DNA of 49,258 nucleotides, the filler included, from Sphacelaria rigidula (Eukaryota), in NCBI GenBank assembly GCA_964200075.2. It is 3 parts of 3 records of this genome, joined end to end, with 100 filler letters (N's around TTAATTAATTAA, not from the genome) between each part and the next. Parts side by side here need not be neighbours in the genome. Positions count along the whole stretch, not along the records: positions 16,456 to 32,808 come from CAXNAA020001388.1; positions 32,909 to 49,258 come from CAXNAA020001389.1; 1 more part is not named here. The stretch is one strand, 5' to 3'. Within the stretch, counting starts at the first letter, position 1; each line of letters starts with the position of its first letter. The translations under genes were made by a program, and so were the position numbers. Shown piece after piece: positions 21,692 through 33,635 of this stretch. Below the pieces are notes generated by a model. The model was not told the DNA's origin, searched no databases, and was given only the letters and a program-made list of their open reading frames with translations.

Positions 21692-24600
21692 CTGTGGACA
21701 CGGTACCGTAGTGCAATGCATACATAGGTGCAACAAAGAGTAGCGTTTAGCAATCGGTGCATCGCTGGGGAAATGATTTTTGGTATTGATTGTCGCACTG
21801 TTCTGGGGACGGCGGGGGAAGCTGTTTTGTTCTGCACGAGGTCGTGACCATTGCACCCAATATTCAATATTGCACAGGATGCGGTTATGCATTCCTCGTG
21901 TTCTTGTCCCGAGGATTACTGTAGTACAGCAGCGCTAATTTTTGCTTTGGTTTACTACCGTACCTGAACAAAAAGCAGGATCGCAACACTCGCTAGACGT
22001 GCACATGTCCAAGATGTCTTACAAGCAATATGAAAGACAGCCGCATAATATCGCCAACAACGAAATCTGAGCTCTGGTCGCCAACGAGTCACCCGACAAT
22101 CACCCTGCAATTTTTTGTTGAAGCGAACGTGCTTGAAATTTCTTAGTCTACCGTACTTGAACTTCCACCAAGAATACTACACCACAAGATGTGTATTACT
22201 CACAATAACGGCCTTATTGGTAATGGACATGGTGACCTCTTCGCCCGCAGTCGCGTCCGGGCCTTGCACCTTCTCCCGCCACCTCTGCTTCTTTTCCTTC
22301 CCGTTGAACATACTTCCCTTCCACCTCTGCCACCACTTGCGCTTGCCACCGTCCTCCTGCCGTGCACTGTCGGGTGTTTCCGCTCCCATGGCAATGTCAT
22401 GCGGTTTCACATGCCATCGCAAACGCTCTCTGTACTCGATAGCGCGGAAGACCTGGCGGTAGCTTGAAGATAAGAGCAGGAAGCTGTCCACGGCATCCCC
22501 TGCGTCCCCGGGACCTGCGCCCCGAGTGCCAGCGTTGACCGTGGATGTCCCCGGCGACGAAGGCTCCGCCGCGGCTCGGGACACCACGACAGATGCGTCA
22601 GCACTGAGGGAAATCGAGGCGGCCCCACTGGGCGACACCAGTCGCTGGGGAAAGGTCAGAGTTTCACCCACTTTCAACGACTTCAACATCGCGTCTGCGG
22701 GCAAGCCTCCCAGGAAAGGTGGCAACTTCTTTTCCTCGCGGGACACTGATGACGACGAGCCTACCCCGTGACTGCTCTTGCCAGGGACGGTGTTGCTGTC
22801 GAACCCGTCGGCGGATTCACCGCCAGGAACGTTCTCCGAAGAGGCTGCCGGATTGTCTTCGGGGTCCTTGACCCCAGCTTCTGCCGTGTGCAGCAACGTC
22901 GACGATTTCACGGCTGTGGGCGGCGGCGACGGCCGATGGATGTGCAGCGAGTCCTTGGAGAGCGCCGTGGCGGAGCTGCCCATCGGGAATATGACGACGC
23001 CGTGTTCTCCCTTCGATATGAGCTCGCTTGCATCAGCCTGGCAGTCAATTGCGAGCGCCGATACGAAGGGTGTGTATGTTGCATCAGTGCGGAGCAAAAA
23101 ATAGAAGTTGAGATAACAGCCGAGGTGGGCATGGACATGGTGAACTACTGGTCTCCCCTTGAAAGTCGTCAATTATTTTAGCACGGGTATAAGGTCATTT
23201 TTCATTTGTTATCGGCATCGACAAAAATCGGGCAGCGCAGAGTACACGGACACTACAGACGGTAGTACCACATCGCAGTTTGCCGCCCCCACGCTGTGAG
23301 TCCTTGGGATGATCACGAAAGCACTGCGTGACAACATCACTTGCGAACTGAAGTTTGTGCGTACATTTCACGTGCCTGGATAACAAGATACAGTCACTTC
23401 ATGTGCCCTGCTACTTGGAGCAACCCTCACCCTATACAAATGCGCAGAATGCAAGTCAGCCGCGCGCTTTTTTCTTCGTGGACAAGAGCTCACGGCTGTA
23501 CTATTCTGTCAATACCTCACAACCTCACAGGGGACATTCAAGGCGCAACCGAGAATCAGCTTCAAACGGAAGGGCGAGTGCATCATTTCGTGTTGCATTC
23601 CTCTCCAGCAAGCGTGTTTCATGACAATTGCAACAGCGTTCTCGCTTACCGGGCTTCCGCTCTCCACTTTCATGGTCGCGCCGGCGAGGGCAATGAAAGA
23701 CAGGGTACCCTGCACAGCGAAGATCGGGGTGTCGGATCCCTGACCAAAAAAAAAAAACGACGCAGACAACAGAGGACAGAGTTTGATCTACTGTACCCAG
23801 TAGCTGTGTTTTTTCTTCAGTCCAACTGAAATCAAGCGCTACAACACCGCCGAGCAACAGGTACCACAACAGCCCACACAGTACAGTAGTACCGTGCTCA
23901 AGAGTCGGTCTTACGTGCCGAAGATACGTGCAGCAACATGCACACACTCCCTCGTGAAAAAAACATGACGCAGCCGCGTGGAACCTAGACATCATGACGA
24001 GAATCCAGAACAGGTATGCACACCGCAGTTGCGGACCGATTTTCACCGTGAGTTATTTCCTGTGTACTTGAGGGTTGCCGCGTCCGAATACACCTGACCG
24101 ACCGACCGACCGACTGACTGACTGACTGACTGACCTTGGCGCGGTTGAAGAGCATAGTTCCTCGACTCAGGATCCGCAGCGATGCTTGCGGCTCCACCTC
24201 GAAGTGCAGCTTGTCGAAGTGAGCATCGTCAACAAAAATTGTCACTCGCGCGGTGCCAGCGAAGCGCACGACCTGCTCGTTCGTTACCCCGCCCGTCCGA
24301 GCCGGGTATCAGTCAACATACGACACAGAGAAATAGTGCACGCAGAGGAGGCAGAGGCAAGGGGAAAGGATATGAGTATGCGCATTTTTTCCATGTATGC
24401 GCGTGGCTCACTCATTCTTCTTGGTGCCGTTTTGCTGCTTCTGCAAGCAATGCGCGCAACGCGGGGAGGAGAAATGCACAAACCAGAGGGCAGGCACGTC
24501 GCGCGCATTAGCGGTCCCACCCACGATTCGCTGCAGCTACCGAGCAGGGCGAAAACAAACGCATCTCCGCGCTGGTATCTCTTCTGTGTGCATTTTCCGT

Positions 24601-26247
24601 CTCTGTTCCTTGTCCCTCGCGTCTGAACGTTCCAGAAACAACCATCAACACCTTCGACATTTTACCGCCTTGTGGATCATGCTGGATCCTTGGATCTTCA
24701 CCAAGAGTCCATCGCTTTTTGCGGTGCTTTACTGTGCTTCATCTTGAGATTAAACACGATCCACAGGGCGAAAAGAACTCTGGATCCGCGGTTGGCTGAT
24801 CTGCTGTCACTATATTTCGAAATACTCTCGTACGGTAGTATTGGAGTGGCCTTGTCGCACCGCTTGCTTCCGACAACAAAACATCAAGCGCGCCAACCCT
24901 TGGATTGCGAGGATAGGTCATCTGGGTTACGGAGCAGTTTTCCAAGCGAATGTGATTCCGGTCAAACAGATCACCTACCCTGGCGGTCATGCGTTTGAAA
25001 AAACAAGAAACAGGCGGGGTGGGCCAGCAGCAGAGAAAAATGACGCCCGCTTACAGAAAACTATACACCCCTGTGATGCGTGGGAGGACCGCGTGCTTTT
25101 GGACCGCATCGGAGTTTGAACACCAACGTGTTCGTGTTGGGTTCAGGGTCAGGGGCGCGGTCCCCGCAGGGACTGACTCGTCCGACTGATGTTGAAAAAC
25201 GTCGATCCGAAGGTGTTTGTTTCGAACAACGATGCGGTCCAAAAAGCACGCGGTCCTCCTATGCATCATACCCTCCCCCCTACAAGAGCGCCGCAACGAG
25301 GAGCGCGAGGCTTGAAGCAAGGCCAGACAAACAAACGGCACAAAATGCAACACCAACATGCTTGCTCGTCGTCAACTAAGTCTTTACGGGAGTTCGCAGG
25401 CAGGAGGTACAGAAAAAGCGATGAGCTCGTCCGCATCGCACAAAAACACATGTGGGTGTCGCTCCGAAAAGATCGGCGCCGTGAGATCTCATTACACGGG
25501 GTCAGACCCAACCCCATCTGGAACACGAATTGATTGGATACGTGTAGTACAGCGCGCCGCGATGCATGCGCTTGGCTCATTTTACACGCTCGCTCAGCGG
25601 TGCACGGTGCACGGTCGTTAATCTCGCTCAACTCTGGTCAGGCTGACTGCTGAAGCATCGGCCATCTCTCAGCTCTGCCACGAGATAGGTCCGCCCTTCG
25701 TCTCAAGAGACAGACAGACCTCATGACTTCATGCACAACAACTACGAAGTAGAGGGACAAAGAGGGTAGGATCCATCCATCGATACACTGCCTGGCGAGC
25801 ACAGTACGTTGGAATGGAGCTCTACCAAGCAAACCAAACTGCTGACAACATGCAAACAGCAATTCTATCTGACTATGAGCACGGGGATGCTCATCTCTTG
25901 GCGACTTCCGCCCGTGGTGCATGAACACCGAAAGATACACGGCAGTCTCCCGATGTAACTTGGACTCGCACACGACCGACCAAGTTTGATCCTGCCATGC
26001 CCTCTGCATATCTTCTCAAAACTATCATGAACACAGTAGAGGATTCGCGCACCTTCGTGTCTTGGCAGGTGACGTTGTCGGGCAGGAACACGGTCAGAGG
26101 TTCGCTGTTGTCGTATCTGGGACTTAGTACCTCGTCGCAGCTCATTGCGTCGGTGGTGAGGTCTTCTTCAGAGTGCCCCAGCGTGCCCCTTGCCGCAGTT
26201 GCCAAGAGCAACACCAAGACGCTCAAGACGGTCTGGAAGACTGTCAT
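21500..26247 (-). CDS. Secreted protein of unknown function with degenerate bulb-type-lectin-like C-terminus; 5 exons, ~482 aa
   Basis: Exons 26247-26053, 24272-24135, 23739-23650, 23037-22204, 21691-21500, all phase 0 with GT-AG introns; total 1449 nt ending in TGA. Signal-peptide-like start MTVFQTVLSVLVLLLATAARG. Confidence 0.8.
22204..23037 (-). CDS. Secreted protein exon 4
   Basis: 278 codons within ORF 22177..23172; gccag acceptor; donor ATT|GTGAGT. Confidence 0.85.
23650..23739 (-). CDS. Secreted protein exon 3
   Basis: Poly-T tract plus CAG acceptor; GSDTPIFAVQGTLSFIALAG; donor CCG|GTAAGC. Confidence 0.78.
24135..24272 (-). CDS. Secreted protein exon 2
   Basis: agcag acceptor; VVRFAGTARVTIFVDDAHFDKLHFEVEPQASLRIL; donor AAG|GTCAGT. 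Confidence 0.78.
25074..25268. mobile_element. ~195-bp MITE in intron 1 of the secreted-protein gene
   Basis: TGATGCGTGGGAGGACCGCGTGCTTTTGGACCGCATCG pairs with CGATGCGGTCCAAAAAGCACGCGGTCCTCCTATGCATCA. Confidence 0.75.
26053..26247 (-). CDS. Secreted protein exon 1 (signal peptide)
   Basis: ATG at 26247; hydrophobic N-terminus; donor AAG|GTGCGC. Confidence 0.8.
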
Positions 26248-27242
26248 CTTTCTGGTCTAGAGAAAAAACCAGGCCGATTTTTTGTAGGAGTGATGGTCAG
26301 TTGGATTGTGGGGTGGTGGGGGGTTGAGACAGACATGGCTCGGTCGACGGCCAGATGATGATCTAAATGTAGCTGTAGTGGTAGTGATGAATTGCTCCAT
26401 GCGACCTCCTCGTCTCGTCTGCGGATCAATTGTAGGTATCCATCCGTTCAACGACTGACCGTCACAGCCGCTTGTGGAAAGATAGGGAAGATGCCAAATA
26501 AAGACAAAAAGTACTTCATGTGAAGAACATATGGGGTTCCACAATGCCACCGACATGTTCCACTATCCTCTGCTCTTGTATCGCCATACTACAGATATCG
26601 GGTCAGCTTGTATGCCTTGTCTGTCACGGCCGTGCTGGACACCGAGATGGTTTGTGCATGGAGGATGGGAGGGCGTTCATAGGTATGAAGAAACCTTCTG
26701 TGTATTTCGTATGTTACTCCGCATACAAAAATATGTGCGTGTACATGTCAACGACCTGCAACAGAGCCGTGGGTGGTTGTTTGCTGCGGGCGAGGAGATC
26801 TTGGCACGACTGTCTGTACACGGTAATAACGGGTAAAGTACGGCCCGCGCCCGAATTTTCGCCAGGAGGAGGAATGTGTCTGGAGGGTCTGCCAGATATG
26901 AAAGCTTTGGTGACGTTACCTACTGGCTCGAGACTATCCGCATGCATGAACCCTGCACGCCCATCAGGTGGTGCGCTGTGTGCTTTGTGCACGCACGGTA
27001 CATGTTGCAACACGTGGGCCGCCAGGCCTCTTTTCGGGACGGTATTATTGCGGGACCTCTCTGGTGACTTACGTGAGTTGCAAGCAAAAATGGTGGACTA
27101 CAGAGGATAGTGGTGGCGGTTTTTCGCCGTACGACAACTTTGATGCGAGGATGAAGTTCCCGCGATAACATTGTTCCGAGGGGAGGCGCGGCAGTCAAGG
27201 GGGGTGGTCCTATACGTGTTGTACATCAAGTACAAGCACCAG

Positions 27243-27511
27243 GTAGTTGGTAACCTCGAAACCTTCTGACGGTTGGGTCGTGGGTTCGAACCTCGGTGTA
27301 GTAATACGATCTGGGATATTTGCTCACCCCATACCCAACAGTGGAGAGCGACTATGCCGTGGGTACACAAAATTCGATCTCACGGTCATTTCAATCTGGA
27401 TCTCTTTTTTTTGGGGGGGGGGGTTGCTAGCCTGTGACCACGGAAGGCGTCCGCATCAGATGCCCAGTACGAATGTACCGAGCAGATATCGGAAGGGTTT
27501 TTCATGTGAAG

Positions 27512-27542
<31 letters not shown>

Positions 27543-27720
27543 CGGTCAATAAGGGAAATATACCGTGGAACCAGTATCGCGATGAAAAATACAAAATAAA
27601 GATGAGAAAGCTCCTGTGTTCGCCTTCCTCCTGTGTGACCGCGGTCGTTGTGCCCCACGTTAACCGAAAGGTGTAGACTGGCGTCGAGAATAGATTGGAT
27701 GGCAACACGAACAAGACGAG
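27243..27720 (+). mobile_element. tRNA-derived SINE (same family as 19284-19657) interrupted by a (CAA)n-tailed insertion
   Basis: TTGGTAACCTCG...GGTTCGAACC...CCCAACAGTGGAGAGCGACTA...GGGTACACAAAATTCGA; homology resumes after 27548. Confidence 0.75.
27389..27541 (+). mobile_element. 5'-truncated non-LTR retroposon with (CAA)n tail
   Basis: About ten CAA units; flanked by TSD ACGGTCA (27382-27388, 27542-27548). Confidence 0.7.
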
Positions 27721-27932
27721 GTGGGAGTGTGGTACTCGTGCATGCGGATGCCGCCGACCCAGTGGGTAGCGTCACCCTGTGCGGAATCCCCTCCTAGATA
27801 TTTCATCGTCCTATCGGTGCTATCATACGCGGCAGAATCGCCGGCATTTTCCTCCTGGCGCATAGTTGCGCGCGTGTTGTACTGCACCTATTTACTAGTG
27901 TAAATTCGTCACACGAACTTTTCCCCTTGTCA

Positions 27933-28400
27933 GGCCGCTCCTTATAACAGACATGAACAAAAATCTGGAAAAGTCCTATTTTGGAGCTTCTCGGCCGTTT
28001 CACGCCCTTGAAGATAGGCGGAGTTTGACACCTTGGAATGACTTGCTCCACTAGTTTAGGCGGTTTCAGGACATGTTCGGATTTTCCGGTGGCGGCAGTT
28101 TTTTTTTCCATTTTGGCCAAACAAGCACTTTTGTCCAGAGACGACCAAGTCCAGAGAAAAATTGCCATTCTTCTAGATTTGACCGTTCTTGACCGTTTTT
28201 GTACAAAAATGGTGGTTTGACCAAAATTAAATCTGAGGAAACCGGAAAACGCGAAGACTTCCTGGAACCGCCTCAACGAGTAGAGTAAGTCATTCGAAGG
28301 TATCAAACTCCGCCTAGCCCTCTTTTAGGGTGTAAACGACGCAGAAGATCCAAAAAGGCACATCTCCAGATTTTCATTTTGTCTGTTTCAAGGAGCGGCC
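27933..28400. mobile_element. Complete PIF/Harbinger-type MITE (family B), 468 bp
   Basis: TIR GGCCGCTCCTT...AAGGAGCGGCC, long imperfect arms, 3-bp TSD TCA on both sides (27930-27932, 28401-28403). Confidence 0.85.
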
Positions 28401-28504
28401 TCACGCAGTAAATCCCTCCCCCTTCTCTGGACGGATCTGTGATGTCATGAGATTTTAACTCATCTCTCTTTTCAAGTTTTCACGCTTTCGACGGATATTT
28501 ACTC

Positions 28505-28723
28505 ATATCATGATTTTTCGCACATTTATCCGATCTTTCGAACCCGTGGTCGCAAACGTGGGCTCGTCTTTCCAATACCGTCCCTGCTATTCCTCACAAG
28601 ATATGGAGTTCTCGTCATTTTTTCCCCGAGACTCCGGACTGACAACAAACACAATCAGCTGAAAAATCACCAGAATAAAGAGGAGAAGAGAGACTGCAAG
28701 AAAACATGTAAAGAGTAGCTTCC
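28505..28723 (-). repeat. Retroposon 3' end, family A
   Basis: Collinear with 1745-1963, ending GTAGCTTCC in both. Confidence 0.7.
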
Positions 28724-29061
28724 AAACTCGGGGTCAAATGATAAACTCTTGAGCCAGCAGGATGCGTCGTCTGTTGGAACTAGAATTGATAAGATTTCCA
28801 TTTGGGAGATGATTGCAAGGTGCAAGAAACACACTACCTGGCGGCCAAAGTGTCAATCAACCCTTTGACCACCAAGATGATATCTTGTGTTGAATGGGCG
28901 CCATTTCCACTCGAATGATGACTATATTGTGTGCTTTGCTTGCGTTGACTTTTTATTACTTTTTTTGTCACGACTTCGTCTGATATGTCGTTTTGTTCGA
29001 CCACTCTCTCTTTGTTTCTTTTTCTGTTTTTGTTCCTTTTTTTTTTGAGAGCGTGTTTGAG

Positions 29062-29148
29062 TTTCGTTTTTCTTGGGTACGTCTATCATGAGACCACGGC
29101 TGGACCCCCGGGGGGTCAGTTAAAGTGCGACAATCAATCAATCAATCA
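29062..29148 (+). repeat. Retroposon 3' end, family E, (TCAA)n tail
   Basis: GAGACCACGGCTGGACCCCCGGGGGGTCAGTTAAAGTGCGACAATCAATCAATCAATC; reverse copies at 44690-44776 and 37604-37665, diverged copy at 33238-33315. Confidence 0.7.
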
Positions 29149-29808
29149 TTGTAATGCCCAGGATAGCCAAGCTCCGCTGGTGACAGGAGGATGAACCCTT
29201 CGTGGCCGCCAGCTTGGGTTGTCTTGGGTCCAGAATTCATTTTTCAAGTAGAAGTGATGCCGATTCAGCACATTACCTACGCTGCGGGTAGAAGGACCAT
29301 CAGGGGCTCTCACGGCAAATACCCACCATTCAAGCGCCCGAAACTTTGGGGATCGGAGAACATTAGTACCCAACACAAGTTTTGAGGAGAAGAAAACAAT
29401 CTGTCACCGACTGCGGGCGAGATACGAGCTCACCGGTCTTTGGAGATCCTACAAGTGTATAGCCCTCGTCTCTCCGTCTTTTGATATTTTCGCTGGACCG
29501 AACCAATCCGGATCGTTCTAATGAACCATTTCATGGGGTCGGATTTTCTATTTTCTTGTCACCGTATTCGTTGCGCTTCAGCCCGAAAAAAACTTTTTTT
29601 TCGCTTATATGCGTCAGGATCACCCGGTGGATAACCGGGGTTTTACTCCGTGTCGTTTCGACAACACGAAATCAGAAATTTCTTGTGAGAAAGACGTGCT
29701 GTTTCCCCCAACGCCTATCGATTCTGAGGCTCGCGAATGAAGGTGACAAATCGCCAGTGCAACAAGCCCGGTTGAGTGAACACTGTGCGTATTGTTTCAC
29801 AGGCACCA

Positions 29809-30046
29809 TAGGTAAGGAAAGTACCCGGTACTGGCATTTGGGACATCTTATACCCTACCGATCCCGACCCAATCGTGTATTTTCGAAACTCATACCTACG
29901 ATACCTGCGATACCACGGTATTTCGAGATACCAATACCTACCGTACCCGTTCAGCCAGGTATTTCAAAACTCACACCTACGATACCCACGCATACCGCGG
30001 TATGGGATACCCCGGTAAATACCGGGGGTATATCCGGTGATACCGG
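29809..30046 (+). repeat. ATACC-rich dispersed repeat (family D, possibly hAT-type MITE)
   Basis: Collinear with 31024-31341; starts TAGGTAAGG. Confidence 0.7.
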
Positions 30047-31023
30047 ACGCGGCGCACTCCCCACGGTGCAGCAGCTGGTCCCAATTTATTATGCAAAGGC
30101 CACAAGTTGTCGGAGCAGGTTTACCCAGATTCCCCCTGATTTTCGTGTTTGAGTCAACTCGAATGAACTCATCATCACATAGTCTGAAGTGCGGTCGATT
30201 TTTTCTTCTCTCGATGTGATACGTCCACCGCAATTCCTTCCTTAGAAGGCTTCAACTCCAATTCGTAATTAGTGGCGCGCGGAGAAAGAGTACAAAACAA
30301 AGAAGCTAAGCTTTCTCGATATAAAACATGCGGTCGAAAGGCACGAAGCGGCACTTGATTCCTATCTTACAGACCACCACGCCAGATAACCCCCGTTCAC
30401 AGAACCATGCTAACTCCATCCGACTCATTTTCAGCCACCATCGCAACCCCGCAGCATCGAGTAAGAGTTGAGCACAGGGATAGATACGCTGCAGTGGTTG
30501 GGTATGCTTTGTTCACTTTTTGTTGGCGAAAAATTGCGCATCTTCTTCCATGGTACAAGGGATCAGCGACGGAACTGTGTGGTTCGGTGGGCAACCGAGT
30601 TGCGTACACGTTCATGGGCAGTGCAGGCAGTACAAAACTGCAAGTTGTCGAGGTCCTTTTCCTGTCGCATTGTGAGCAGATAGAAATGATAATCCTGGGC
30701 TGTCTGCACCGCACGTTGCTCGCTTTTATTGAAAATCTTACTGCACGAAACACGCACACACGCACTCAAGACACACTACTTGCAAGCAGTGCAGACAGTA
30801 CAGACTGTCTGTAGTGTATACGAGTGGCCACGTACCGTTTCACGAGTTCCACTATCTTTTTCGATCGAAAGCTTGGAAATTCGATTGGACCCAACTCGGC
30901 AAAAACGTGTGGTTTTCGCTCAAAGTACTTCCACCGCCACATTTTTTCGATTTTGTTTTTTGTGAAGACACGCCCAGAAACGCTTCTCCGCACTACCGGA
31001 TGGCAGTTCTAAACTCGGTTGAG

Positions 31024-31341
31024 AGGGTAAGGCAAGTACCCGGTACTTTTATTTGGGACATTTCATACCCTACCGATACCGACCCAATCAGGTATTTTCG
31101 AATGTCATACCTTCGATACCTACGTTACCACGGTATTTCGAGATACCAGTACCCACCGTACCCGCTCAAGCAGGTATTTTCGAAACCCATACCTACGATA
31201 CCAGGGTATGTCGAGATACCAATACCTACCGTACCCGCTCAAGCAAGTATTTTCAAACCCATACCTACGATATTCACGCATACCACGGTATGGAATACCC
31301 CAGTAAATACCGGGGGGACGCTCTGTACGGTATCTTACCTA
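31024..31341 (+). repeat. ATACC-rich dispersed repeat (family D) with an internal ~75-bp duplication
   Basis: GGTAAGGCAAGTACCCGGTAC ... CTTACCTA; the unit CGAGATACCARTACCYACCGTACCCGCTCAAGCA occurs twice. Confidence 0.7.
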
Positions 31342-32526
31342 CGGTTCCTGTGTATTTCGTTATTGTTTGACTACCGTAACCCTTTTTTTTCTTGTATATC
31401 CATCTATCAATTGCACTAGAGTCGGAGAAATTGTGCTTTTGAGACGAACAAAGACACCCTCTCGTCCAATCTCGTACTTGGGTATTCTCTATGTTTTTCT
31501 CGGGTAGCATTCTTCTTTCAGCACTCGAAAATGCTACTCGTAGAGTAGGTAAATGTTGGGCCGTGATGAACGGTTGCAAGGGGGAAAAAATGGGGGGGAA
31601 AAAACACAACGAACTACAAGAGAACCACTGAAGGAAAGACGCCCAACACAGATGCTGACAAGCAGTGGTAGGATTGGGTGTGATGATCGACAACGGCTAT
31701 CACTTTGCGTCTATCGGTTATGGTGTGTACCTCTAAGTATGAGCTGCTGAAAGAAGGAGTGCTGTTGGGTCAGTGATTCATCATGTCGATACACAGAATG
31801 GCTTTGACGATGGAGTGGGCTCTTTCATGAACTCTTCGAGAATACACTGGAAGGATCACCAAGTCAATATACATACCGTAACAGCTACATCCAGTAAGTA
31901 CCATTGTCACAGGACGTTATGGACGCAAGTGGAAGAACATGTTGTGGTGCCTTTTTCCTGCCGTTCGTGAGTACTGCATGATATTCATCGTTGTACTCGA
32001 GTGGAAAATGACCTCGCTTTAAGGAGGCTGTTCTGTCGTTGCGTCCGCTCGGGGTTAGGAAAGTTTTAGCCCAAGCCGCCCCCCCGTACCCTACAGAGGT
32101 GCGTGCATTTGTTTTGTGAGTTTCATACGGGTACAGTGTTACGGATGTTTGATCGAGCGCGTATCGGATATCGACTAGACTGGGTCTGTGTGCTGACCTT
32201 GAGCAGGTCGTGTAACCTTCACAAGACGGCGCAACTCAAACCGCAGCCGCGCAGGGGGGGGCATTGTTCGTCAGCTGTCGAAGAGATCGCCGTCCAATGT
32301 CATCAAGAGCTCGCACGCCAGGTCCACGACGCGGAAGGTGAAGAACGAAGATGGAATGGAAATCAATTGGAAAGTTGGAGATTGGAGGGCCAAGTATACG
32401 GGGAGATTTTCCTCTTCCATTTTTTGTTGTATTTATTGTCGTGTTGGACATTCGAGGCTTGGAGACGTATCTGACGTGATACGGATACTTGGAGATGACC
32501 GGGGGTGCTAAGCTGCTCCTTATCTA

Positions 32527-32808
32527 CGAGCCGGGCCAGCCTAGACACGGATTTGAGCTCTCAAAGGAATATCTCGTCGACACAGACGAGTTAGGCCATG
32601 ATCCGCATATTGTATTAATCGTCCAACCAAGGGGAAGGTGCCCATCTGCTCAAACTTTTGGGCCCAAATTATCTCGTTGATTAACCCTTTTGGAACTCAT
32701 TGACGGTTCTTGTTTTCGTGAATCGGCATCATTTTGACTTGAAAATGACTGAAAACGATGCCGATTCACAGAAGAAAAAATCGTCAATGGGTTCCGAAAG
32801 GGTTAAAC
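32527..32808 (+). mobile_element. Family C element, left part, cut by the contig end
   Basis: TA|CGAGCCGGGCCAGCCT; homologous to 16903-17008 and 11820-11978. Confidence 0.75.
32685..32802. mobile_element. 118-bp piggyBac-type MITE
   Basis: TTAA|CCCTTTTGGAAC...GTTCCGAAAGGG|TTAA; the empty TTAA site is present in the family C copy near 11826. Confidence 0.85.
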
Positions 32809-32908
32809 NNNNNNNNNNNNNNNNNNNNNNNNNNNNNNNNNNNNNNNNNNNNTTAATTAATTAANNNNNNNNNNNNNNNNNNNNNNNNNNNNNNNNNNNN
32901 NNNNNNNN
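32809..32908. other. Artificial contig spacer N44-TTAATTAATTAA-N44
   Basis: Identical 100-nt spacer. Confidence 0.98.
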
Positions 32909-33447
32909 GTATGGCCATTTTTTTCGTGACACTTTCAGCTGGTTTTGGGGGGGGGTTATCGTAAAAAGTGTCATTGGGAGAGACTTGATCAACCGAAAAT
33001 GCCGTTAAGTATCTGTGCTGAAACTTGGAAGGATCCCCGATGACCGGTCAGCCCGAAAGTCACTCAGTACTGAGCACAGATAACTTTTTGGGGAGAATGT
33101 GGACCGGATATAAATATCTTAAGATCCCTCATGTGATAGGCGGTGGCAAGCCAAAAGAGCCCAGGAAAATCGCCAATTACGAAAAAAATCACAAGATGCC
33201 ACAAAATGAACAGTTACACTGCCCACTTCTGTATCTTCTTGTCAACACGGATGGATCCCTCAGTCACGCAATTGATTTGTGACAATCCCTCAGTCAATCG
33301 ATCAATCAATCAGTCAAGTGAGTGAACACGCCATAGGTACCGCTAGAGTACTCTGTACCCACACTACTACTATTTCTCTGTCTACTCGTAGTCCTAGCAA
33401 GCCCTACTCCCATCTAACGATAGCGTCTTTTTTTTGTATTTGTTCAG

Positions 33448-33635
33448 GTTCTGCTCAGCAGTCTAGACCGTATGCTGGAGACGGCTCTTGAGCTGGACAC
33501 AGGACGTTACTCCCCCGCGCAGAGCCCTCTGATCCTGTACGTGATTCGACTAGTGGTGCGTGTGGAAGGCTTCCTCCTGTTTTTGAGGGATGATCGGAGA
33601 TGCGCCAGGACTAGAGGATTAGGTCGAGAGGACAG
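33448..33635 (+). CDS. Large protein exon (VLLSSLDRMLETALELDTGRYSPAQSPLILYVIRLVVRVEGFL)
   Basis: Poly-T tract plus CAG acceptor; donor AG|GTGACA; absent from the ORF track. Confidence 0.85.

Noticed and set aside
29481..31419. ORFs of 223 aa and 201 aa with PIPTIP-like repeats
   Set aside because: They are translations of the ATACC-rich DNA repeat.
30407..32474. Possible exons upstream of the large gene
   Set aside because: No consistent splice chain was found, and the region is on a different contig.
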